A stretch of DNA of 63,815 nucleotides, from positions 22,585,849 through 22,649,663 of the forward strand of contig NC_068984.1 of the NCBI RefSeq assembly GCF_001194135.2. Direction: 5' to 3'. This DNA comes from Octopus bimaculoides. Lineage: Eukaryota. The translations under genes and the position numbers were made by a program. Of the stretch, positions 10,896 to 22,580 are shown one piece after another. Positions within the stretch are counted from its first letter, which is position 1, and each line of letters begins with the position of its first letter. A model generated the notes under the pieces. The model was given only the letters and a program-made list of their open reading frames with translations. It was not told the origin of the DNA and searched no databases.

Positions 10896-13800
10896 CAGAG
10901 CTTTCAAAAGATGGTGCTGTACTGATCCGGCACATAAAGAAACGTTAATTTATAACATTTGTCTTCACCTGTCTGAAGAATCCAATTCCATTCAACCATC
11001 ACGATTTAGAACAGTTTACTCTCTTTGAAGTCTCTATCTCCAAGTATTTTTCCCCGACTCACTGTGAAATTATCAGCTAAGTAAGACAAATCAATAAGTG
11101 TGAATACAATACCGAAGACGAAGTGCAGTGTTCTGTTTTGAATAGAATTATAGCAGATAACGAACATAACATTTGAACCCTTCCGTCTGTTTGCTATAAT
11201 TTACTTTTATCTACGAAAACTAATTGGCACAAAAAATGTGAAAGAAGACATATTTACGTGTTGATGGCGACAAATGCGAAATTATGCAGTATACGTCGTG
11301 AAGCTGCCATCAACGTAAGCTCTGAATGCTCTATATTTTACATGTTTATTATTTCCTACTTTCTTTCTAAGTTCGTGTTTGGAAACACTTCTTTCTGCTT
11401 ACTATATTTCTTGTTTATGCTGCTTTTTGTTTCCAATTTATGAGGTTTTCATGATTTCGGTTGCTTTGAAGTCATATAAATAACGTTTCTTTATTTCCTT
11501 TATTATATTATTTTTTCAGATGGAGCAATTATTATAAGAGTTGTATTTTGGTTAATAACTACAAATCATACTATAAACACGTTTAAATTCATTGATTGTA
11601 AACCAGTTCTATCATTTCCAAGGATGTAGTTAAATCAATTTGAATTTGGTTCTAGTAACCAAGCAACTACATGTAATTAAAAAGAGCATTCTTTAATGTT
11701 ATAGATTTTAGGAATAAAACAGTTCTGGCAAAAATCTAACTCGTTTATTTTGTTTGCTTGTTTTTTTTTTCTTTTGTTTCTCCTTAGAAACACAGAAACC
11801 TCGCGAGGAATAATAATGAAAGAAAAGCATATATGAAATATTTGAAAGGATTTTTCACTATGGTGAATGCCTTTAAAATAATTTTAATGTGGAATTAATT
11901 AAAGCACTGTATTAAAAAATGTAGTAGCAATTTATCTCACGTGGAAATTTTTACCGTTTGTCATAATATTCGTGTTGTTGCATTTTTCAGCCGTCGAGGA
12001 AAGAAAGAAAATTTGTATCTGGTTGATAAGATTCAAGCACTTCATTAATTATTATCATAATTTAATATCCGTAAAATACATGAATCAAAAACTAGAATAT
12101 TAAAATCAGAAATTCCTTTGTATGATTTTGAGTTAGAGAATTAAAGGAAGTAATCACACTGAAGACACGGAGAATACTTGTTTCAGTGCACGCATGTCTA
12201 TGTTTGCTTTCTTTTTGGCGGTGCATTGATGTATGTAAACTTCAGTTTTCAGATACACATTCGTGCTTATTCATCTCGTGCACTCATGGATAAAGCGATA
12301 ATTTGTAATGTCCAGCTTTCAGCTAATTGTTTTAAGCGTATATATGAATATACTCATACTCAACCATACACACATTCACAAACACTTTCACCTACATAAA
12401 CATGCAAAAGACTTAGATACTACATCTAATTGCGCATACACACGCACGCACGCGCTTAAGTGAATGTAGGTTACATAAAGCAAATAGGAGAAAAAATATA
12501 CAGTATGGTGGCGGTGGTGGTGGTGGTGGTGGTTGCGGATTTAGTTGTTTGATTGACTGAATTATCTACTCAAGAATTAGTGTAAATGGCTATTCACTTC
12601 ACAACCAATTGTTGCTCAATTTAATTCTCTCTGGAAGATTCATTTTCATTCACATGATATTAGTCGACCCAAGGTTAAAAATAAATGACGTTTGCCCAAA
12701 GTGCCAGCAGTTAGAACGAACATGATACCTTATTGGTGCAAAGCAATTTTTTTAACAATTCGGCCATAGTACACATATACAAAGCGTGAAGTAATATAGA
12801 AGATAATAGGAGCCGAGAAGTCGTTAATACGATTTCATCTTTCCTTTAAGCTCAACGAAATGAGCCAAAATGTGAAGTCCGAAGTCATATTGCCTACTTT
12901 TCGACTTCTATTAAAGTTGACTTCGATACACACGCGCACGCACATTTACGTCTGTGTGTGTATGTGTGTGTGCGTGCGTGCGCGCGTGTGTATCAAGGCA
13001 GTAACCCAGTATGGCCACAGCTCAACGCTTGTATCAAAGAAAAGAGCAAAAGAATACGTGTGTGTGTGTGTGTGTGTCTGCATGTGTGTGTGCGTGTGTG
13101 TATGTGTGTGTGCGTTTGTGTGCGTGTGTGTGTGTGTATTTGCGTACATTCATTTTACGTCCTGACATGCGAGTCTTGTAAGATTAATACCCCATTCAAA
13201 TAATTTGAATAAATTCAATAGGTTATTTTAACAGCAAGATAGAATTCAGCACAGGAAGTTATCAGCCTTGGAATCTCTTTCCTACTCTATCATTCTTATA
13301 ATGTGTAGAATAGCTGTCACTAAATGAGGTTGTTCTCAAAGATATATATTTTTTATATTACATTACTTGATATCATTAACAAGGCCCTAAGTATATTTTT
13401 CAACAAGTTTTGTTATATGCAATTATGAAAGTATCAAAGGAATAGAAAAGTTATATCTACCGAGTGTAGAATAACCAAAAATATTACTGACAGTACTTAG
13501 AATACTCAAAATATGTACTAAATTTACTTCAATAAGGACTATATATATTTATCTTAGGTAGATGCTCGCCGGATCTGATACTACCCCGTTGCTGTCAATT
13601 CTTGAGAAAGCATACTGATTGTCGAATATTTGATCCATAAAGTCTGTCGATATTTAGTGCAAATTGATGGTGGTGAATTGGTAGAGTGAGCAAAGAGACA
13701 AACACAATGGCGGTGAATTTGTACAAGCAAGCAAAGCAGTGGATACAATAGTAGTTAATTAGCAGCATGAGGTAGGAGGCCAAACACAATGGCAGCTGAT

Positions 13801-14535
13801 TGAAAGAACCGCTAGAGCGGCAAACAAAATACCTGTGGATTAACAGAATCAAATAGAATGATGGGGAGAATAATGAGTGATTGATAGATTCGATAGAATG
13901 ACAAACAAAAGTAACAAAAAAAGCGATAGAGTGACAAAAATGATGCAACGCAACAAAAATCACGATGTTGGATTGGTATATATTGTAAACGAATCCTTCA
14001 CACAACTGAAAGCCAACTACAACAAACATTTTCTAGTAGCAAAACATCTCTCATGTAATCCTTTATATTAAAATTATAGCATTCAAATCTCATCTTGAAC
14101 CATGAAATTAAACTAAATAATGTCAGGTGTTTAATGCAAAAGTCTTTTAGTGCAGAAAACATTAACTATTGTAACTCGAGAGGAATTTAAGCATAGAATC
14201 TCACAACCACACATACGCTATGAACGTATATGGCTGTGTGTGAGTATGTGTACCAGTAATACTGCATGGCCACAGCCCAGCGGCTGGGCCCTAGAAAAGT
14301 GCCAAAGAATATGTACTCTTGTGTTCGTATACGTGTATAAGCCTACACACATATATACAGTAGATATTCAACAGTTAATAAATAAATAAATAATGAAATA
14401 AATATATAGACACTCTTTGTGAGTTACTAACGGTGTAAGAAAATGTACTGGAAAGATAAAACGCAATTTATATACAATAGAGGTAATTAATTGTCCAAAA
14501 ATTAATAGTGCGTTGATCCGCCCGCCTGAATGAGA

Positions 14536-14588
14536 TAACAACAACAACAACAATAATAATAATGATAATAATGATAATAATAATAATG

Positions 14589-14637
<49 letters not shown>

Positions 14638-14655
14638 CAACAACAACAACAACAA
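14536..14655. repeat. (CAA)n/(AAT)n compound microsatellite
   Basis: Direct trinucleotide tandem; source of the poly-Leu and poly-Tyr ORFs. Confidence 0.95.
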
Positions 14656-14801
14656 TCCCAAAGCAAAAAGCAACACAACAGACGTAATAACAATAATAGA
14701 AATTTTTTATACATACTTACATATAGATAGGTAGATAACTTCTGAGGCAAGCACAATATTTCGTGTGCGTGTATATGTGTGTGTATTGTGTGTGTATATC
14801 C

Positions 14802-14863
<62 letters not shown>

Positions 14864-16389
14864 AGGTGTGATATGTGCGTGCGGAAGAATATGTGTGTGC
14901 GTGTGATTGTGTGTGTTGATAGACATAATTTGTGCTCATAGTAATTATGAAGAACTACCTCATAGTCATAATAGCTACAAGTATCACAAAACACAAGAGG
15001 TTTGGGGAACTCATAACATTAGTGAGTAGAGTATCTTTGAAATCCATTATATAAACAAAATACTTATTCCTGTCCAGATATTACCACGCTAAATGTAGTG
15101 TGAAATTATTCAGAGGTTTCTAGAAGTGGAATGGAAATCACAAAAAGAACCAAGTGTCTAGAAATCCTCTGACACCAAATATATCATATATTAAGTTTCT
15201 CTATACACCCCCTCATACACACACACACACACATACACACAGCACACACAGCACACACATACACACAGCACACACATACACACAGCACACACATACACAC
15301 AGCACACACATACACATAGACACTACTCACACATACATATACATACACATCCTTTCTTGTCTGTATATTTTCCGCAAGTGCTGACTTTCAAATATTCGGA
15401 AGGAAATTCAAATCTTGAAGGCCCTCCTAAGGATACAGCTTTCAGAGGCAGCTATTAAGATCATATCTGTGTGTGAGTGTGTGCGTATGTATGTGTGTGT
15501 TTGTGTGTTTGTGTATGTATATATATATATATATATATNNNNNNNNNNNNNNNNNNNNNNNNNNNNNNNNNNNNNNNNNNNNNNNNNNNNNNNNNNNNNN
15601 NNNNNNNNNNNNNNNNNNNNNNNNNNNNNNNNNNNNNNNNNNNNNNNNNNNNNNNNNNNNNNNNNNNNNNNNNNNNNNNNNNNNNNNNNNNNNNNNNNNN
15701 NNNNNNNNNNNNNNNNNNNNNNNNNNNNNNNNNNNNNNNNNNNNNNNNNNNNNNNNNNNNNNNNNNNNNNNNNNNNNNNNNNNNNNNNNNNNNNNNNNNN
15801 NNNNNNNNNNNNNNNNNNNNNNNNNNNNNNNNNNNNNNNNNNNNNNNNNNNNNNNNNNNNNNNNNNNNNNNNNNNNNNNNNNNNNNNNNNNNNNNNNNNN
15901 NNNNNNNNNNNNNNNNNNNNNNNNNNNNNNNNNNNNNNNNNNNNNNNNNNNNNNNNNNNNNNNNNNNNNNNNNNNNNNNNNNNNNNNNNNNNNNNNNNNN
16001 NNNNNNNNNNNNNNNNNNNNNNNNNNNNNNNNNNNNNNNNNNNNNNNNNNNNNNNNNNNNNNNNNNNNNNNNCCATGACCTGTAGCACGAACGGATCCGG
16101 ATTTCAGGGTTATTTCCCTTCGTCGGCGTTCGACAGCCACTGACCTTGGTGAGAGAGACAAAATCCTGGCAATCTTATATCTACTTTTCCAGTGAAATTC
16201 TTCACTGATATCGAAAAGGTGAAAACAAGCAATGTTAATTCTCTAAATGTGGGGTCAGCCACACTTAAGTGGCAATATACTACACTTTATCGTGCAGTTA
16301 CTGTTAATACTTCATTTAAAATGAGAGGGGAAGGAGTTCATAGCATTGATTTCACATTTTGGCACGATGCCTGCATCTTCCTGGCAGTG

Positions 16390-16555
16390 AGCTAAATTGA
16401 TTATGTCGACCTCAACATTCCATTTTATCGACCCAGAAAGAATGAAAAGTAAAGTCAACCTCGGCAGAATATGAACTCAGAGCGTAAGGGCAGACGAAAT
16501 GCTGCCAAGTATTTCTCCCACTGAGCTAAATATTCTGCTAGGTAGTCGACTTAGA
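16390..16555 (-). mobile_element. SINE remnant (family of 4609)
   Basis: Reverse complement of the core: ttttatcgacccagaaagaatgaaaagtaaagtcaacctcggcagaatatgaactcagagcgtaag. Confidence 0.75.
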
Positions 16556-16756
16556 CGAGCTCATAATATTGGTATGTGTGCATATGTTAAAAGAAACATA
16601 GTTAAATTTGGCAGGTATTCATTTATATACATGTTAAATAGTGTCTAATATATGACAGTGATTACAAAGTTCATGTAAATTGGTGTGCAACAGTCACTGT
16701 TGCAATATATTACATCAAGCTAAGAATGTATATTTAAATAGATACAGATGTATAGT

Positions 16757-16791
<35 letters not shown>

Positions 16792-17189
16792 TGCTTCAAA
16801 CAACGCATACATACACTATTGTGTTGATTTGTGAGCATATGTGTGTGATGTAATAAGTTTTGTGGTGATACGGATGTATACGATTTGAATGTGGTAAATG
16901 ATGACTACTCGTATGTGATGTTTACCTGTGGTGCCTTATGGTGAGGAAATATGTGGAGAGAAGTTTGATTAGAAGTGTGTTTGTTGGTATAAGATGAGAC
17001 AGTGTACGAATGAATGCATCTGCATGCTTGTGCAAATGTGGAGTAAGTAGTTACGCCTGTTTGCCAGTGTATGTACTTAACAAGTCTATAGCAGTAGAGA
17101 TGTATATTTGAATGTGTATGTGATTTGTGAGATGTGTGTGTGTAAGCTTAGAGTGCTATGTGGGAGCGTGGAATGAAGTGTGGTTGGAT

Positions 17190-18545
17190 GCATTTAGTGT
17201 GAATGTGATTGCGCTACTCAAAACCAAAAAGGTGGAGTAGTCGAGGCTGAAGGTGAGCGCGTTGTCGTGTGTGTAGTGCATAGCAAGGGATCTGTGGTAT
17301 GAAATTACACTATTGACAAAGAGATGAAATATAGTCTGTGCAAATGGTAGACCGACAGCTGATAAGGTTTTGTTAAGCGGACAGCCGTGATGCGATACGT
17401 TAACATACGGTTGTTGAAAATATAACAGATCGCAAAACTAACATCTAAAACAGTAAATGACATTTGTAATGATGTAACTGAAATTATCTATGATAAAGAA
17501 GTGATGCTTCTTGGGTTCAAGAAGTGTAGTTGTTTTGTCGATGTAAAGGTGTGTGTTATACCGGGCTGGGACGCAGGGGAAAGATTTGTCTTGAGTTTTA
17601 GAATGGATATAAGTGTCACGAACTAAGAAAACATGCAAATTAGTGACCTGTTTGAAGGAGAGAAGGGGACGTTCATAGAACATAGAGAATTGGCAGAGCC
17701 TAAACAAAAGCGGTAGAAAGTGCACAAGATGTGCCGTTGACGGAATAAAATATAAAGATGGAAGATGAGTAGATTACCAAACAGATGAGGGTGGAACGGG
17801 TGCTTGGCATGATTTCAGAGTTGTCAGGTTTAGCTGACAATAGTCCGCGCGTAAGCAGGGAGGCTATCAAATGAGACTGTATCTTAGATGCCTTATCGTA
17901 GGTATTGAGTCTGTGAAGGCGTAGGAATTTTGAGCAAAGGATTTGAGATTTGGATTAATTCAAGTGAAGATACGAAATTTAGGTAGAATGGGAGTCGGTC
18001 GGTTTATGGACTGGAGATGGAGCGTTAGGTAGCGTCTGGTCCTGAATGGTGACAGGGGAGTCAAAGAAATTAACATACATTAAGTGGGTGGCAGGAATCG
18101 TCGAGGCTGATGGAATATTATAAATTTTGAATGCGTGAGAGAAGTGACACTGATACAATCATCAATCAACCAATTATGCAGTACTTAGGTAGGACCAGTG
18201 AACTGGGTAAAGATATGAGTGTCACTGCGTAGCCAACAAACATATTAGTATAGCTAAGGCCCATCCTATTTGCCATAGTCACCCCAATGAGTGACTGCTC
18301 TTTAAATTTGCCGTTGAAAAAGCAAGAACAAGTTAAGCACCACATAAGAGGGTAGGGTTATTAAACTCAATGTTAGCATGAAGTTCTTGGAAGAACTTGG
18401 AGATGTGAAGATCATTATCGTGTGGGATGACGGTGTGCAAAGATTTAATATCTAGAAAGAAAAGAGAAATGACGTGATAGATAATAAAAAGGACAAATTG
18501 AAAATGGAAGAGTATTATTAATGGCATAGATGCCAGCAACTGGAT
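17190..18545 (-). mobile_element. Degraded Penelope-like element (RT plus C-terminal GIY-YIG endonuclease)
   Basis: Minus-strand peptides: FLDIKSLHTVIPHD..ISKFF; FNGKFKEQSLIGVTMANRMGLSYTNMFVGY; LIDDCISVTS (YIDD-equivalent); then IIDNFSYIITNVIYCFRC (GIY with Cys). Many stops and frameshifts. Confidence 0.8.
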
Positions 18546-19642
18546 AGCCTATCGAAGTACTCGGAAATCAGCAAGCAAAAGGAAAGTAAATGCTGAGGTA
18601 TTCGTAGAAATCGCCTGCTCTTAATTCCGTTTCATATCGGCTGATATTAGGAAGTACTTGTTTATAGAATATAGTGAAACCAGGCTCGGAATTTAATTAC
18701 ATAAATACCTATGCACATATTCGTACAACTCTTTGCTCTATTCTTATACATAGCGCATTTAATTGATCTTGCGACACACACAAGTGATAAAAACACGCAT
18801 GCGTACACACATTTATACACATGAAAACAGACATACAAACCCACACACCCCTACACACACATATAGTACGTATAATTTAAACATAGAAACGAATTATTGT
18901 GTCCCTATTTTAACATAAATAATTCCATATGAAAAGACTATGTTAAATGTTAACTTTCCTTAATAATACAGCTGAATATATTTTCTGCGAATTTCAATTC
19001 AATACGGTAAAAGAAAATTTAGCCTCTATTTCAATATTGAAAATGAAAGAAGGAAAAGAATGGCATCAAATATAGTTTCCATTAAAATCCTAACCAAAAA
19101 TACAATATTCAGGTTTCTGAAGTAAACTTCAATGAAAGAAGCATGAAGAAAAAACAAACAGAAAAACAGAAAATATTTAAAAAAAACCATAATACTCATT
19201 TCATTCCTATAGGCGATTGTAAATACTAAATAATATATTCTGTGTTCAAAGTAGAGAATTGTGCAAAAAGAAACATAATTATTTATTTCTATATTCATTA
19301 TGACCATATTTACACAAAAGGTAAATCTAAGAAGTTGAATAATGGAGTTTAGAAAAAAAAATCTCTTTTTTGTGAGATTCCTTTGTTTCAGTTGGAATTT
19401 AAAAGTAAAATGTTTAGCCATAATATTCTTTTGATCTTACTTCAGATTTTTCAGTATTAATTTTCTAAATCAAATATATAAATATATAATAAGGGGAAAA
19501 TAATCTATATATTAATGAATATTTTTCGTTTTGTTTATCTCACTTTTGGTTAATTATGACACTGACGTGAATGTGCGTGCGTATGTTTCTCTGTTTATGC
19601 GTATTGGCGAATTAAAGGTGGTGTGAAGAACTATTAAATAAA

Positions 19643-19693
<51 letters not shown>

Positions 19694-19765
19694 ATATGTG
19701 TGTATGTATGTATGTATGTATGTATAAATGCATAAAGTATGAATGTATTTTATGTACGTATGTAG

Positions 19766-20038
19766 TGGAGGCACGTGATTAAGTGGTTATGGTATTCGGC
19801 TGACGATTGCAAGGTGGTGACTTCGATTCCCGGCGGCGCACTGTATCTTTGTGGAAGATACTTTATTTGACATTGCTCCAGTCTATTCAGCTAGCAAAAA
19901 TGAGATGTATCTGTAATTCAAACGGCCGGCCGTGTCACATTCTGTTTTACACGCGTCTGTGGTGTAATCAGCCACGAGCAGACAGTTCTGTTGATTCGGA
20001 CGAATTGGAACCCTCGAGGTCGTAACTGACAGTGTGCC
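19766..20038 (+). mobile_element. tRNA-headed SINE, internally deleted relative of the 40850 copy
   Basis: A-box-like tgattaagtggtt and B-box-like gacttcgattccc. It shares tgtaattcaaa.ggcc.gcc.tgtcaca and ggaaccctcga.gtcgtaac with 40850-41234. Confidence 0.75.
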
Positions 20039-20084
20039 AGTTATATATGTAAATATATGTATATGTATGTCTTAGTGAGTATAC

Positions 20085-20697
20085 AAAGAAACTATCCAAT
20101 ATTGGTGCCTCTGGAAAGTTACTACAATGGATCAAGTGTTTCCTGACAGGCAGAACCCAACACGTTGGAGTCGAAGGAATAAAATCAAGCCCAGCCAAAG
20201 TCAGTATTGGTGTTCCAGAACGCACTGTGTTGGGACCTCTTCTTTTTATCATCTATATGAATGACATTACTGACATCGTTAAGTGCAGTAACATAAGAAA
20301 CTTTGCAGATGATTCCAAGATCCAGAATGTCATCAATGAAGTGGGTGACAGGGCATGCCTTCAGTCAGATCAGCTGGCTGTCATCCAAAGGGTGGGAAAG
20401 ACTAATATGTTGCTGAATGAGGACAAATCTGAGTTGATCTACTTTGGAAAAGAGGATCCCTTAAAACTCCTGTACTCCCTTCCTTCAGGTGAAATTTTCA
20501 TGGCATCCAACAACATCAGAGATTTGGGAGTAATTGTAGACAACAACATAAGCTGGGCCGCTCATATGAACAGCAAAGTTGACATGGCCCGCAGAATGTG
20601 CTCCTGGATTCTCAGTACTTTCTAGTCGAGGGATATCCACACCATTATCCTTCTCTTCTCTACTTTTGCCCGACCCCACTTTGAGTATTGTTGAGAT
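20085..20697 (+). mobile_element. CR1/L2-group LINE reverse-transcriptase fragment
   Basis: GKLLQWIKCFLTGRTQHVGVEG..SIGVPERTVLGPLLFIIYMND..IRNFADDSK..RDLGVIVDNNISW..FARPHFEYCC; ORF 20227..20625 contains FADD. Confidence 0.9.
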
Positions 20698-20715
20698 TGC
20701 CACTAGATATAGTGA

Positions 20716-20940
20716 TCTATACTATAAAAATAAATGAGAGTGAGTGAGGGAGGGAGAGAGAGAGGGGGAGGGATCAGCAAGTAATCTACTTTCAATGAGG
20801 CTATACTGGCTCATGACCTTAAAAATTATCCTGTTGAAATAAGCATTGTGTCTCATCAAATTAAGCGATGATTTTTAAAAATGCGCTGGTCGTCGCTATA
20901 CTAATTAGCAAGCTTTGATTGAAAACAGGAATAAAAGATA
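20716..20940 (+). mobile_element. Helitron-like 5' terminus
   Basis: A|TCTATACTATAAAAATAAATGAGAGTGAGTGAG has the same layout (TC, TATA-rich, microsatellite) as the 9492 Helitron. The 3' end is not clearly identified. Confidence 0.4.
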
Positions 20941-20947
20941 CAAGATA

Positions 20948-21254
20948 CAGTGTACTCATATCTAAAAAAAAAATCAAGCGACGTGATGCGTGGCTATTCT
21001 AATCAGAGGAATCTTCTGCTGCGAAGAGGAGTCCAGTAAACCGGCAAATACGTTATATTATCATTAATAGTTTAGCCTTAAAAAGTGTGGAAAAGTATAT
21101 ACTGCCACGAAAAATGTCTTAAAAAATCGCGGACGATATTTACGATTCTGCGAATATGCTGTGGGTTCCGCGAACAATTATCATTTCCACAAATAACTTA
21201 GACCGCGAATGCCGAACCGCGAATGCCGAACCGCGAATAAGCCGGGGTACACTG
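20948..21254. mobile_element. Tc1/pogo-type MITE
   Basis: TA|CAGTGTAC ... GTACACTG|TA terminal inverted repeat with TA TSD, and an internal ccgcgaatgccgaa tandem near the right end. Confidence 0.5.
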
Positions 21255-22318
21255 TATTAATATTTGTCTAGTTTTGCTTTGCATTATGACAGGAAATTGC
21301 ATTGAAATTGTTCCTTGTTGTAACCGCATTGTGGGCCGGCGATATGTTGTATATTTGTTATACCATGACAAATATAACCGCTGAAATCTTGAAGTTTACA
21401 ATTATCAATAATATTAATATCATAATACAATCATTTTTGCAAGCAAATCTCTAAAATACATTGGTTATTAATAGCATGTTCGTGTGTTTATATGCTTCTA
21501 GCTTGTTATATGATAAGAATGCTATAATTTTTTTTCTAATAATTTTTCCTGTTTATAATTCAATGTAATACATTTTGAATTCTGTCTTCGATTCTAGAAT
21601 TAATATGCAATTGATTCTGTGATTTATTTATTTTAACAAGTTTAGTGTCTCATAGATTCATTGAGTTATGTTTGTGTGTGGGTGGTTCTACAGCTGTCTT
21701 ATATTGTCTTGAAATAACGCCTGCTGATACGTGCCGTCTTTATTTGAAGTATTTCTGCAACGAGTACAATACTTGTTGAAGAAAACGTGAATGTTATGAT
21801 AAATTGAGATTTCACCATTAACATTTTGTATCTGTGTGGACATCCGCTGTCCATATGTATCACATTGTCAACTGTATAGCGGCAGTAACGTACGCTAATA
21901 TTTCTCCATCTACAAAATATAACTATGAACGTGCAGAAAACTAAGTGATAGATTTGAGGACGTTCCTATTCACAACCACAAAAAATGCACGTGAACATAC
22001 GAAAGAACAAATAATAGTAAAAGAGAAAACTAGAATACTATCGTGTATTCATTAAAACATTAACACGCATATTCAGACATACATGTGCACAAACACACAC
22101 ACACATACACACACATGTGTGTGCGCGCGTATATCTGGACTGCCTTTTACTGAGTACACGACTGTGCTCTCGCTTTACCTATCACTATAATGTTTTTGTT
22201 CCTTATATCTTAATATGCATTTTCAGTAGAAAGAAATAGAAAAGTTCTCAAATCCTTCACTGGATTTTCCATACTCTCTGTTAATCTCCTAGACGTTGTT
22301 AGTAGATGTCAGGGATTT

Positions 22319-22363
22319 AACTGACTACTGACCTCCACTAAGAACTGAGGTCAGTCGTCAGTT
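22319..22363. other. 17-bp inverted repeat (one mismatch) with 11-nt loop
   Basis: aactgactactgacctc-cactaagaact-gaggtcagtcgtcagtt, extendable by gatgt/acatc. Confidence 0.55.
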
Positions 22364-22542
22364 GAACATCTTAATGTGCATCTCGACTCTCATTCTATCG
22401 ATCTATCCATCACAATCACTATTTCCTTGCTATATCCTTCACTAAAATCACCACGGTATTCACTGAGTACCACACTTCCCGCATCACACTTCGTTGAATG
22501 GCACTGCTCAGGGATTCCAGGATAGCTGGTTCACTGTCCTGC

Positions 22543-22580
22543 TATATAAAAACCCAGCCGTCTAATCCATTTCAGTAAGT
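22543..22580 (+). promoter_or_regulatory. Candidate Pol II core promoter (TATA plus Inr-like)
   Basis: TATATAAAAA at 22543-22552 and TCAGT with A at 22574 give a spacing of about 29-31 nt, in apparently unique sequence. The same bases also read as a GTAAGT splice donor. Confidence 0.3.

Noticed and set aside
13690-13900. Two caaacacaatggc copies and a TGATTGAT, suggestive of a Sox/Hox enhancer
   Set aside because: Short motifs without conservation data cannot be told from chance in AT-rich DNA.
14275-14289. GCCCAGC-G-GCTGGGC palindrome
   Set aside because: Only 7-bp arms, next to a SINE-tail-like remnant (gcatggccacag); compatible with chance.
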